Virus record (IMG/VR): IMGVR_UViG_3300021185_003947
Reading direction: 5' to 3' (one strand)
Source of the DNA: a virus
Taxonomy: Duplodnaviria > Caudoviricetes
DNA: 64,000 nt
Part shown: positions 7,989 through 16,921 of the stretch, in pieces
How positions within the stretch are numbered: position 1 is the stretch's first letter
How the letters are laid out: the number at the start of each line of letters is the position of its first letter
The notes under the pieces: model-generated
Seen by the model: the letters and a program-made list of their open reading frames with translations, nothing else
Database searches by the model: none
What the model was told of the DNA's origin: nothing
Program-made: the position numbers and the translations under genes

Positions 7989-8665
7989 TCCTCACTCCCA
8001 CCATTGCTTGGCACTCTACGTAATGCCCTATTACCGTTTCCATCTATAAAATTAGACATTTCACCAGGTTTCTTTGGCCTAATTTTTACTTGTATCCTAT
8101 CATTAATATCACTAATCATTCCCTTTGAATCTACTACAAATGAAAATACTGATACTTCTTCTTTAAAATGTACAACTACTCTTTTAGACATCTTTATTCC
8201 ATATGGACGCATATCCATCAAATCGATAAAAACTGGTGTTGGATATTCTTCATTTTCATCTTCATAAGACGTATTGTAGTTATGAACTGAAACAAAATAC
8301 TCACCTGGAACAATTGCATTAATACTGAGACTTTCTAAATTTCGTTCAATAAGATATGATTCACCATTAAAAACATATCTATCATTATTATCACCTAGAT
8401 CGTCTCGTTCAAGAACCATATATCTACCATCTCTAGTTGGAAATCCAACAATAGTATCATCAGGTCCCTTTACCCAAAGATCCATATCAACACCAGAACT
8501 ATCATCCCAGTTCATTGTAATTAAAAATTCTACTTCGGGATCTATCTTACCTTCTTCTGCAATAGGATTAATAAGAAGAAATGCAATAAGAAGTAAGCTA
8601 GTAAAACCAATTAAAAGATTAAATAAAAGATCTGTAAAAGCTATATTTGAACTATATTTCCTCAT
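7985..8665 (-). CDS. MotB/ExbD-like single-TM protein with a periplasmic DUF2135/YfaP-like domain
   Basis: AFTDLLFNLLIGF (Asp-containing TM), DMDLWVKGPD and PGEYFVSVHNY. Confidence 0.6.
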   Translation of the reverse strand: MRKYSSNIAFTDLLFNLLIGFTSLLLIAFLLINPIAEEGKIDPEVEFLITMNWDDSSGVDMDLWVKGPDDTIVGFPTRDGRYMVLERDDLGDNNDRYVFNGESYLIERNLESLSINAIVPGEYFVSVHNYNTSYEDENEEYPTPVFIDLMDMRPYGIKMSKRVVVHFKEEVSVFSFVVDSKGMISDINDRIQVKIRPKKPGEMSNFIDGNGNRALRRVPSNGGSEE

Positions 8666-9125
8666 TTGAATTTTCCATCAGCACTAATTGCAATTTTAAA
8701 ATAATAGATGTTATAAGTCCCATCAATGAAGTCATAAGAGCAATTCCCATACCACTAGCAAGAGTACCAATTACTTCTTTCATTGCTGCAGCAGATGTTG
8801 TATCAATATCAGTAAATGTTGTTGTAAGAACTATAAGAAATCCAATAAGTGTTCCTACCATACCAATAGACATGACCACATCACTACTAAACCATAATAG
8901 ATCTTGTGGAGCTTTTTCAGCATAGATGTCAGGATCTCCAAATTGGCTTTTCCAACTTAAAAATCCAATACGTAATGTAGCTAATAAAAATATAGCTGCA
9001 ATAATCATAGTAATTTTTGTGGGATCATTTTCGTATACAAATCCCAATATATCAAGTTCATATTGTACATAGCCTAGTGATAAAATTAATACAACAATAC
9101 TTGTCCACCATTTCCAAAAAGGCAT
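8652..9125 (-). CDS. MotA/TolQ/ExbB proton-channel family protein
   Basis: IGMVGTLIGF...GMGIALMTSLMGL signature. Confidence 0.8.
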   Translation of the reverse strand: MPFWKWWTSIVVLILSLGYVQYELDILGFVYENDPTKITMIIAAIFLLATLRIGFLSWKSQFGDPDIYAEKAPQDLLWFSSDVVMSIGMVGTLIGFLIVLTTTFTDIDTTSAAAMKEVIGTLASGMGIALMTSLMGLITSIILKLQLVLMENSNEEI

Positions 9126-9159
9126 AAGATATTCTCCAATTTAACTAATTTTTATTATA

Positions 9160-9167
9160 TATAAATA
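9160..9167 (+). promoter_or_regulatory. Late promoter TATAAATA
   Basis: Exact motif 32 nt upstream of the + gene at 9199 (SD AGGAG). Confidence 0.75.
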
Positions 9168-9198
9168 ATCTTATGACAACTATAAAAGGAGTTATAAG

Positions 9199-9429
9199 AT
9201 GGAAGTTTTAGATAGAGTTCGTAATTGGTGTAAAGGTTTAGCTGAGCTTGGCGTAAGTGTTGCTGCTTTGTTAATTATTTTAGAAGTGCTGGGTGTTGGT
9301 ATGATACCATTTGTTCCAGCAACTAGTGTTGTTGCAAATGTTACAACTATCCTTGCCGGTCTTGGCTCTCAGGGATTGATTGGATTAGTGGCTATTTGGG
9401 TCCTATATGAGATCTGGTCAAAGAGATAA
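9199..9429 (+). CDS. Small late membrane protein (possible holin)
   Basis: 76 aa with two hydrophobic segments, late promoter and SD. The holin call is a guess. Confidence 0.55.
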   Translation: MEVLDRVRNWCKGLAELGVSVAALLIILEVLGVGMIPFVPATSVVANVTTILAGLGSQGLIGLVAIWVLYEIWSKR

Positions 9430-9438
9430 TAAAGAAAA

Positions 9439-9462
9439 GTAAGAGGGAGTATTTCCTCTTAC
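9439..9462. terminator. Hairpin between convergent genes
   Basis: GTAAGAGGGA / TTCCTCTTAC inverted repeat. Confidence 0.5.
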
Positions 9463-11993
9463 CCATCTAATTCTGCTGTTGGTGGTGTAAAGTTTGTGGT
9501 ATATCTTGCAAGACCTTTTGTGATTCGGAAGTCTTGGATGTAGCCGTTCCAATACCGATCTGTAGCAACTTGGTCTCTACCTATTTCAAAAGGCCAAGTG
9601 GCTGTGCTAACTGAAGAACTTTCTGTTCCTGACGCACTAGAATCAACAGTTCCATTAATATAAGTCGCCCAAGCACCTGATGAATGTGTGCGAGTAACTG
9701 CGATGTGATACCATGTATTAATCGAAAGGGTTGTTGAACTTGTAACATTAATTCGTTGAGTTCCACTAGAACTGCTAGTCAACCTTAGTGTATTTCCATC
9801 ACCACCCTCAAAAAATAGTCTTACATAATTATTATCATCGCTATAAAATTCCCATAAACATTGCTTGACGCTTGTCGAAGTCGTATAAAACCACCCCTCA
9901 ATGGTAATGTCAGACAAACTAACATCAAAGTCATTACTTGCGGAGATTCTAAGATAATCTTCTGTACCATCAAATGCAATTGATTTTGTTCCAGCAAATT
10001 TTACTTGAGTTGTAGATGTTGCAGCATCACCAAAACATTGTATTTCACTTTTCTGACTCAAATCTGAAATAGATAATGTTGGATTGAATAGGAATGTAGT
10101 ATTCGAATCTGAAACCGCCGGAGTAGTTGAAGGTGTAAATGCGGCAGTATAAACAGCAGTACTTTCAATTTTTAGATCACTCACATACGCATTACAGGTA
10201 CTTGAACCAGCTCTATTTGAACCTATAGTTATATCTGTAGATGTAAGGTCTTTACTTGTTCCAATAGCATCTGTTCCTTCTAGATTGCCATTGATATACA
10301 TTTTTAAGTTTCCAGAACTATCTCTAACTATTGCAAAATGATTCCATGCATTTTTTGGATAATTAGTAGTTCCTTGAATTGGTCCAAAATCATTACTTGC
10401 TGTCCCAATATAAAAATATCCAGCATTGTATTGTGCAAAGTAAAAACCAGTTGAGGCATCTGCTGCTATAGGTCTAGTGTCAAAAATAATATCTGGATTA
10501 TTACTTCCAGTTGTATATACCCAACCTGACACTGTAAAATCTCCAGTGCCCATTGCTGTTATTGGAGATGTTAGTCTATTCGAACCAGAACTTTCTATTT
10601 TAGCGCTTTTACCATGATCTGCTTCTGAATATGGAGCATTGTCACCAGTAGAAGTATTAAATGGTACTACTTTAACATCTCCTTGAAGGGTTAATGCCAC
10701 ACTATTTGAAGATAGATCACGGACTTGTAATTTACCGATTAGTAAATCAGTATTTGAATCAGTAGTAAGTGCATCAGCTGGGGTAAAGTTTGTTGTATAT
10801 CTTGCATTGTCACTAACCCGGATATCATGCATGTATCCAGTGAATTTTTCTGGATGTGATTGATTGCTACCACCTATTCCAGCTAATGATGTTCCTGCTT
10901 GCATACCATACCAAGTGCCAGTTGCTCCTAGAGTTCCATTAATGTATAATTTAATTTGTGCTCCAGTAACCACCATAGCCACATGTGTCCATGTTTTTAA
11001 TGCAACTGTTGCTGTAGTTTCTAGATTATGTTGTCCTGCTCCGCTATAGTGATGACCGTGTAAATGACCACTATCGTCTATGCCAAAATTAAAATACACC
11101 CATTTTGATATTATAGAAGCGGCATTACCATCGATTCCGTTATTTGATCCTCTAGCCTCTTGATATACCCAACTTTCAATTGTAAATGTAGATGTTGAAG
11201 CATTTGCTTCTGTATGACTGCCCAAAAATCCAGTTGAAATATCAATACGATCGTTTCCATCAAAATATGTTGCATATCCCCCATGACGATATGGACTAAA
11301 TGTATTTGCTATAACCGTTCCATTTTTAGTTATAGTATTATTTGAACTAGATGCATCATCAAATGCTATATTTGATCCAGTATTAGCAGCTTTAACAGAT
11401 AATGAAGTATATCTTGAATTTAGTACAGTAAAACTTAATTCGAATATACTATCTTTTATAACTGCGCCGTTAATTCCATCTGTTGCACTAAATCTAAGCG
11501 TAAAAGTTCCAGCGTGGGCGCTATTAGTTGAAGGTGTAATAGTAAATACGTTATCTGCTTGAGATACTGTAGCAGTACTACCTAATGATCCAGATTGCAC
11601 TACATAGGACCATGTCAAAGCAAGTCCTTCTGGGTCTGTTGATACAGCAGTAACTGTGGTTGCTGTACCGTCCGTTGCAAGTGCATATGATCCGTCAACC
11701 CCAGTAATAGCTGAAGGTGCGTCATTTACAACAGTAGCAATTATATACCAACCTGAACCATTCCAAAGATACAGTTTGTTATTACTGCTAACAAGTACCG
11801 TATCACCGCTGTTCATTCCTGAAAGAGCAATTAAGGCATTAATATTTGCAACCACTTGCTGTCCACTTGCGCCGGCCCCCATGGCATCAGAAGTTAATTT
11901 TCTATCAGACGCACTTAATGTTTTATCTGCAATAGGAGAGAAAGCTCCTCCTCCCCCAAATGCTTTTGCAATTAAACTTGCTTTTGATGCCAT
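9459..11993 (-). CDS. Virion structural protein with concanavalin A/LamG-like domains
   Basis: Repeated FTIExWxY, WxHxAxxR, LYINGT and ISDxARY..NFTPP LamG signatures; late promoter at 12027. Confidence 0.8.
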   Translation of the reverse strand: MASKASLIAKAFGGGGAFSPIADKTLSASDRKLTSDAMGAGASGQQVVANINALIALSGMNSGDTVLVSSNNKLYLWNGSGWYIIATVVNDAPSAITGVDGSYALATDGTATTVTAVSTDPEGLALTWSYVVQSGSLGSTATVSQADNVFTITPSTNSAHAGTFTLRFSATDGINGAVIKDSIFELSFTVLNSRYTSLSVKAANTGSNIAFDDASSSNNTITKNGTVIANTFSPYRHGGYATYFDGNDRIDISTGFLGSHTEANASTSTFTIESWVYQEARGSNNGIDGNAASIISKWVYFNFGIDDSGHLHGHHYSGAGQHNLETTATVALKTWTHVAMVVTGAQIKLYINGTLGATGTWYGMQAGTSLAGIGGSNQSHPEKFTGYMHDIRVSDNARYTTNFTPADALTTDSNTDLLIGKLQVRDLSSNSVALTLQGDVKVVPFNTSTGDNAPYSEADHGKSAKIESSGSNRLTSPITAMGTGDFTVSGWVYTTGSNNPDIIFDTRPIAADASTGFYFAQYNAGYFYIGTASNDFGPIQGTTNYPKNAWNHFAIVRDSSGNLKMYINGNLEGTDAIGTSKDLTSTDITIGSNRAGSSTCNAYVSDLKIESTAVYTAAFTPSTTPAVSDSNTTFLFNPTLSISDLSQKSEIQCFGDAATSTTQVKFAGTKSIAFDGTEDYLRISASNDFDVSLSDITIEGWFYTTSTSVKQCLWEFYSDDNNYVRLFFEGGDGNTLRLTSSSSGTQRINVTSSTTLSINTWYHIAVTRTHSSGAWATYINGTVDSSASGTESSSVSTATWPFEIGRDQVATDRYWNGYIQDFRITKGLARYTTNFTPPTAELDG

Positions 11994-12026
11994 AAGTAAA
12001 ACCTCTTTAAATAGTAGCTTTAACTG

Positions 12027-12034
12027 TATTTATA
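12027..12034 (-). promoter_or_regulatory. Late promoter TATAAATA
   Basis: Exact motif 34 nt upstream of 11993. Confidence 0.75.
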
Positions 12035-12511
12035 TCAAAATCTAGCTAGATATTTAGCAATATGTCCAACAAACGGTAATAACATAACAGCCATCAATAA
12101 ATTCATTCCAGTGTGCGCCATTGCTATTCGTAATGTATCACCTTTTGGCATGCCATCAGATACAAAGAAACCAGCTAGCCATATCGTTCCTGTCGTTCCG
12201 ATATTAGCTCCAAGTACACATGCGATAGCGGCCGGTAACGGTAGCGCTCCACTTGCAACTAATGCAATAATAGCCGTAGTGGATAATGACGATGATTGCC
12301 ACAATAAAGTCATAGCAATTCCACCAATAAACATATAGATTGGATTACCTAAGAAAAACTGTAGATGATCCATATTTCCCATGGATTTCATACCACCAGA
12401 AAATGTCTTAAGTCCTATATAAAATATAATAAGACCAACGAGAGTCGTAATTAAAGGGTTTCCGAGTTCCATTTTTGTGACTTTCTTTGTAAGTTTTTTG
12501 ATATTATCCAT
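12035..12511 (-). CDS. Na+/phosphate symporter (SLC34/NptA family), single-repeat half transporter
   Basis: LLWQSSSLSTT and GANIGTT motifs; 158 aa. Confidence 0.85.
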   Translation of the reverse strand: MDNIKKLTKKVTKMELGNPLITTLVGLIIFYIGLKTFSGGMKSMGNMDHLQFFLGNPIYMFIGGIAMTLLWQSSSLSTTAIIALVASGALPLPAAIACVLGANIGTTGTIWLAGFFVSDGMPKGDTLRIAMAHTGMNLLMAVMLLPFVGHIAKYLARF

Positions 12512-12610
12512 ACAATTATTCCATTGTAATTAAAAAAATAGCAAGCCATATAGACTTGCTATTATATATTAGGGTTTGTAGCTATAACTATGTAACAGAT
12601 TTATTATATT

Positions 12611-12847
12611 TTAAGGTCGAAAACCTGCTTTGAACTTACGTCGAACACTACGTCTTGTAGTTGTTGTTGACACCTGTTTACGCTTTGTATTTAGCTGAGG
12701 TTGAACTACGTCAGGAGTCAATCGCTCAACTTCTGATTGGACAATATCATCCATTTTTTTATCGAGTGAAATAGTTTCAGCCATTTCACCAATGATTTCA
12801 TTTACAGGAGCATCCATAATGTCCTGCACTACATTCTTAATATTCAT
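12611..12847 (-). CDS. Hypothetical protein with basic C-terminus
   Basis: 78-aa ORF with SD. Confidence 0.5.
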   Translation of the reverse strand: MNIKNVVQDIMDAPVNEIIGEMAETISLDKKMDDIVQSEVERLTPDVVQPQLNTKRKQVSTTTTRRSVRRKFKAGFRP

Positions 12848-12893
12848 TACATATTCCCTTTAAAGTTGGGGGAGCCAAAGCTCCCCTTTTTGA

Positions 12894-13895
12894 TTAAGCG
12901 GCATTTGCCAATTCAACTGCACGCTCTGCAGCTTTTACTTTACGAACCTGATTACCACCAAACCATTGGCTATGTAAACGATTTTCTGCATTACGACCTT
13001 GAACGTGATCAGTAATATAAGTTACTGAATTTAAAGCCTGCCACCAAGAACCTTCGGCATATTGAGCTCCAGGCTGAGTTTCTAATGCATCATAGCAAAG
13101 TTTAGCATTACGAGAAAGATCATCGTATGATGATACTGGAGAATCAATCTTATCTTCTTTGCGTGAAGTGTTTGGATAGACATCATTGTAGTACTGAATA
13201 AGAGACTCTGCAGTAACTTTCCGGCTACCAAGAAATTCAGCCATGTCTTTGTATTTAGCAAATTTCTGAGATGCAATACCCAGTGTAGTTTTAACTGCTT
13301 CTGGATCAAATACATTACGGTGACCAACGCTCACTGAACGTTCAGCTTTTGCACCAAGTGACCATTCTAATGTATTAGCGCAAACAACCCGAACAGGAGT
13401 AAAACGAATATTAATTCCTTTACCATATTGATGTGGATTTGAAAAAAGCATATATGCTTCTACAGTATCTTCGCCAAAGACATCAAATGACTCTTTGATT
13501 TTAGCAAGGGCCCAAACATTTTGACCACCGCGAAGAGATCCAGCAGTATGCATCTCCATATCACCAGCCATTACATATTCTGAAAAGAATTCAAATGCTG
13601 TTTCGTTTTGAACAGGGTTCCAATCTGGACCAACGTTAGTCAAGATTTTATTATCTGAAGAACGAACTAAAGCTGATTGACCAGTTTTAATAGTTTGAGT
13701 AGCGCCACTTGCGTGAGGTACATTAATTACTGCATCGTATTTTTCAACAGTCCAATCTAACCCAGCTTTTTGCATCATTTGCTGAGGAGTTAAGTCATTA
13801 GAAACTTCAGTTCCAAGACCATGCCAAGGAACGTCACCGGCATAAGCCATTTGAGCAATTCCATCGATCATTTCTACTTCATGTGCCATTTGCAA
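12894..13895 (-). CDS. DUF932 / phage-plasmid-like protein (TIGR03299)
   Basis: PWHGLG, AGLDWTV, TAGSLRGG and TPVRVVCANTL motifs. Confidence 0.85.
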   Translation of the reverse strand: MQMAHEVEMIDGIAQMAYAGDVPWHGLGTEVSNDLTPQQMMQKAGLDWTVEKYDAVINVPHASGATQTIKTGQSALVRSSDNKILTNVGPDWNPVQNETAFEFFSEYVMAGDMEMHTAGSLRGGQNVWALAKIKESFDVFGEDTVEAYMLFSNPHQYGKGINIRFTPVRVVCANTLEWSLGAKAERSVSVGHRNVFDPEAVKTTLGIASQKFAKYKDMAEFLGSRKVTAESLIQYYNDVYPNTSRKEDKIDSPVSSYDDLSRNAKLCYDALETQPGAQYAEGSWWQALNSVTYITDHVQGRNAENRLHSQWFGGNQVRKVKAAERAVELANAA

Positions 13896-13923
13896 ATTCC
13901 TTTGTTTTGCTTTTGATATGTAT

Positions 13924-13952
13924 ATTCTAACATAATACTAGTAAATTGTAAA
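13924..13952 (-). promoter_or_regulatory. sigma70-type early promoter
   Basis: GTTTACA-N17-TAGAAT. Confidence 0.7.
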
Positions 13953-13983
13953 CCCCTAAAATGCATTTAATTTGCATTTATTT

Positions 13984-14116
13984 AAACTTTTTTTCAGGAT
14001 CCAGGAGGAGTTGAACCTCTATCTTATACCTATTTGCAGATAGGAGAGCCTAAGCTGCAACTCAAGCTCGAAGATACACCGCAGTCGCCAAACCACTGGA
14101 ACCAGAAAAAAAGTTT
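13984..14116 (-). ncRNA. tRNA-like structured element (non-canonical)
   Basis: Acceptor-like stem GGTTCCAG/CTGGATCC, T-arm GAGG-TTCAACT-CCTC and stem CCTAT-CTGCAA-ATAGG; oversized D region; no CCA. Confidence 0.4.
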
Positions 14117-14117
14117 A

Positions 14118-14309
14118 TATACTTCTTAAGAAGATGTAACTCGCAACTTATGTTTCCAACATCTGAACAATACATATTATCCCATCTCTACAATCATCTT
14201 TCTGGTCCGTATCATCAAAAACCAGGGCTATGATTGAAGCGATTTGAGCAGGATAGCAGAGGCTCATTTCTCTGTTGTACAAACGATTTACATCTACTTA
14301 AGAAGTATA
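14118..14309 (-). ncRNA. Putative 192-nt structured ncRNA closed by a 26-bp stem
   Basis: Inverted repeat 14118-14143 / 14284-14309 (24 of 26 match) with internal stems; no ORF. Strand inferred from context. Confidence 0.45.
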
Positions 14310-14342
14310 GTTAGGACTTACAGGATTATTCCATGCCTTTTA

Positions 14343-14780
14343 TTATGCGGCCAGATCAAACCATTCTGGATTTGTTTCCAGCCAGCGATCTAGCGTTTTG
14401 CGGTCCACATTTAAGCCTGCGGCTAGATCGTTCATTTGCTGATCCTCAGCAGACTTGAAAGCGGCTTCAGCTTCAGCCTCGGCCTGAATTTGTTCACATG
14501 CATTTTTAATGCATGCTTCTAGTTCATCATCTGACATAGATGAGAAATCAAAGCTACGGCTATAGCTTTTGCTATAAGCTTCAGCTATCGTGTAGTAAGC
14601 ATCCTCTTCTAGTTGGATACGGCTGAACTCAGCCAAAGTGCCGGTTGGTACACGATCTGCCCAATAAGCAGTCTGCTCAGGACCTGGAAGGCGGCCCATC
14701 CAGTTACCAGGTGCTTCAGCCTCAAAGGCATCAGCTTCGGCATGTTGAGCCAGGATGTAATCTACCAGTTGCTTTTCCAT
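14343..14780 (-). CDS. Hypothetical early protein (acidic)
   Basis: SD GGAG; early promoter at 14804-14832. Confidence 0.7.
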   Translation of the reverse strand: MEKQLVDYILAQHAEADAFEAEAPGNWMGRLPGPEQTAYWADRVPTGTLAEFSRIQLEEDAYYTIAEAYSKSYSRSFDFSSMSDDELEACIKNACEQIQAEAEAEAAFKSAEDQQMNDLAAGLNVDRKTLDRWLETNPEWFDLAA

Positions 14781-14803
14781 AGTATTTCTCCTTTGTTTGT
14801 ATC

Positions 14804-14832
14804 ATTATAATACATTTTAGAGTGATTGTAAA
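14804..14832 (-). promoter_or_regulatory. sigma70-type early promoter
   Basis: GTTTACA-N17-TATAAT. Confidence 0.8.
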
Positions 14833-14840
14833 CAGTTAAT

Positions 14841-15083
14841 TTAAACGATATGTAAATTTTCCATATCTAATTCATGTTGGATACGATCTAGTACATCAGC
14901 GAAGTATTCCATTTTTTCTGCATAAACACCGCGGTGAGCAACACCGTCAATTGTGAGAGTGTATATGCCACCCCAGCCTTGCTCTTGGTTTTTGGTGTAC
15001 TGTGCAACAACTGGTTTAGAGAATTTGTCAGATACCATAACATCATGTACAGCTTCGGTGAAGAGAGACTCAAGAGTGTTCAT
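14841..15083 (-). CDS. Hypothetical early protein
   Basis: 80 aa, downstream of the promoter at 15118-15146. Confidence 0.6.
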   Translation of the reverse strand: MNTLESLFTEAVHDVMVSDKFSKPVVAQYTKNQEQGWGGIYTLTIDGVAHRGVYAEKMEYFADVLDRIQHELDMENLHIV

Positions 15084-15117
15084 TTTAAGATCCTTATCAA
15101 TTTTATTTCTTGATACC

Positions 15118-15146
15118 TTTATAATACATTTTAGAGCATATGTAAA
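15118..15146 (-). promoter_or_regulatory. sigma70-type early promoter
   Basis: TTTACA-N17-TATAAA; spacer nearly identical to that of the 14804 promoter (CTCTAAAATGTAT). Confidence 0.75.
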
Positions 15147-15220
15147 GGAGTATTTTCAATGTTTTTCATTTTATTTGTATATTCCACATAACTGTTACAT
15201 TTTTATTACAGCTATTTATG

Positions 15221-15228
15221 TATAAATA
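15221..15228 (+). promoter_or_regulatory. Late promoter TATAAATA
   Basis: Exact motif upstream of the + gene at 15293. Confidence 0.7.
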
Positions 15229-15292
15229 GATAGGTGAAATACATAACATTTTTGATTTTTAGTATGCTGATAATAATTAAGAAAGAAAAGTT

Positions 15293-15781
15293 ATGATCGA
15301 TCCAATCACTGCTATTGCCGCGGCGTCAGCCGCATACAAAGGATTAAATGCCATTGTAAGTGCAGGTCAGGAATTAGAAAACTGTACTAGTCAATTAGGT
15401 AAATGGTTTGGCGCTCTTAATGATATTAATAGAGCTGAAGAGCAAAGAAAAAGACCACCACTTCATGCAAAGTTAATGGGCTCTGGCTCTATCGAAGAAG
15501 AAGCATTTGCTATTCTTACTCATAAGAAGAAAATGAAAGAGCAAGAAAAAGAAATAGCTTTTATGTTGAACATGAGATTCGGTCCTAATACTTGGGATGA
15601 AATGTTAGAATTAAGAAGATCTATTAAAAAAGAACGTGAAGAAACAATTTATGCGGCTGAAGAATTTAAACATGCCATCATTGATGGAGCCATCATGGTA
15701 GCACTTTCGCTTGGAATATTGGGTTCAGTTTTTTTAGGTGTCTATCTTATCGGTTCTGTACAAACTCCTCCATGGTGGTAA
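15293..15781 (+). CDS. Hypothetical protein with C-terminal TM anchor
   Basis: MIDPITAIAAA... helical protein with a hydrophobic C-terminus. Confidence 0.7.
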   Translation: MIDPITAIAAASAAYKGLNAIVSAGQELENCTSQLGKWFGALNDINRAEEQRKRPPLHAKLMGSGSIEEEAFAILTHKKKMKEQEKEIAFMLNMRFGPNTWDEMLELRRSIKKEREETIYAAEEFKHAIIDGAIMVALSLGILGSVFLGVYLIGSVQTPPWW

Positions 15782-15782
15782 A

Positions 15783-16001
15783 ATGATACAAGTATTCATG
15801 TTAGTATTAATTATGGGAATAGGTGAAGATAGAAAACCTATTGAAGAAACATTATATTTTAAATCAATTATTACATGCAATTTGACTGCAAAAGAATTGT
15901 CAAAAAGATGGGGACACTGGTCACACATGGATCAAGTAACTGTGTATTGTGTGCCAGCGTCAGTTGATTCTAAAACTAAACTAATAGATGTTATCGACTA
16001 G
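15783..16001 (+). CDS. Small exported protein (likely start MIQVFMLVL)
   Basis: Hydrophobic N-terminus, Cys pair; starts 2 nt after the previous stop. Confidence 0.55.
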   Translation: MIQVFMLVLIMGIGEDRKPIEETLYFKSIITCNLTAKELSKRWGHWSHMDQVTVYCVPASVDSKTKLIDVID

Positions 16002-16590
16002 CAAGTGGATTATCTAAAGCCTTTGTAATCAGATTATTTAAATCAGTTTCAATACGATTAATTTCTTTATCTACACCAGATTCCATTGACGTAATTTTAG
16101 CTTCAACCTTACTTACCATTGCATCTACTTTATCATCAAATCTATCTGAAGCAGCATCTACTGATTTACGAGAGTCATCTTTACCCTTATCAATCATTCC
16201 CTCGACTTTATCAATAGTTCCATTGACTTTAATTTCAAGTCGAGTAATCATACTTTCAGTTCTCATGATTGAACTTCTAAGTGACCCAGTTGTTTGACTA
16301 ATATTTTCTTGAGTTTGAGTTACACTATCTCGAATTGTTTTAATTTGACTTTGAAATGATTCTACAATTGCTCTTGTAGATTCAAGCTCTTCACGAGTAA
16401 CCGCTAATTCTTCTGTAATAGCACTTAGATCAGGAGCAACATATTCTTGAATCTGTTCTTTCATATTACGGTAATCATTGTAAAATTCAAATCCGCCCCA
16501 TGCGGCTCCGCCTAATGTACTCAATGCTGTTAATAGCACAAACATCTTTCCACCTGTAAACTTTAATCCACCAAATTCTACCTCTGCCAT
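15991..16590 (-). CDS. N-terminally anchored coiled-coil membrane protein
   Basis: One TM (MFVLLTALSTLGGAAWGGF) followed by a long heptad-rich region. Confidence 0.65.
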   Translation of the reverse strand: MAEVEFGGLKFTGGKMFVLLTALSTLGGAAWGGFEFYNDYRNMKEQIQEYVAPDLSAITEELAVTREELESTRAIVESFQSQIKTIRDSVTQTQENISQTTGSLRSSIMRTESMITRLEIKVNGTIDKVEGMIDKGKDDSRKSVDAASDRFDDKVDAMVSKVEAKITSMESGVDKEINRIETDLNNLITKALDNPLASR

Positions 16591-16602
16591 TATTTTATTC
16601 CT

Positions 16603-16917
16603 TTAAAATTTAATTTCTTTTCCAACTACTATTCCTATTTTTTTATTTTCAATACTCGGCATTATAAAAAATGTTTTATATTTTAATCTTATGAGTGGTA
16701 ATATATCTTTATAGTATCCACTTACAATTCCAACCTCTGCACTTAAATTATCACTAAAATCAATATCAGAAGAAACAAAATAACTCATATGTTTTTCACT
16801 ATTATAAAATGCTCCAATATTATAGTCTTGATAACTAAATCTTCCATAAGGATGAAATTCATTATAGTCTTGATTCATATTTAAATGAAGAGTTAAAGCT
16901 AATCCTAATTCTAACAT
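16603..16917 (-). CDS. Small protein with outer-membrane beta-strand character
   Basis: Aromatic/Gly-rich alternating strands and C-terminal Phe (GIVVGKEIKF). Confidence 0.5.
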   Translation of the reverse strand: MLELGLALTLHLNMNQDYNEFHPYGRFSYQDYNIGAFYNSEKHMSYFVSSDIDFSDNLSAEVGIVSGYYKDILPLIRLKYKTFFIMPSIENKKIGIVVGKEIKF

Positions 16918-16921
16918 GCCA

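Noticed and set aside
12868-12891. GC hairpin with T-tract as terminator for the DUF932 gene
   Set aside because: The U-tract is on the + strand while the flanking genes are on the minus strand, so its role is unclear.
13997-14103. Canonical tRNA-Cys
   Set aside because: 6-nt anticodon loop, about 50-nt D region, T:T mismatch in the acceptor stem and no CCA. Reported only as tRNA-like.
14118-14309. Retron msr-msd
   Set aside because: The long terminal inverted repeat fits, but no reverse transcriptase is encoded nearby or elsewhere in the window.
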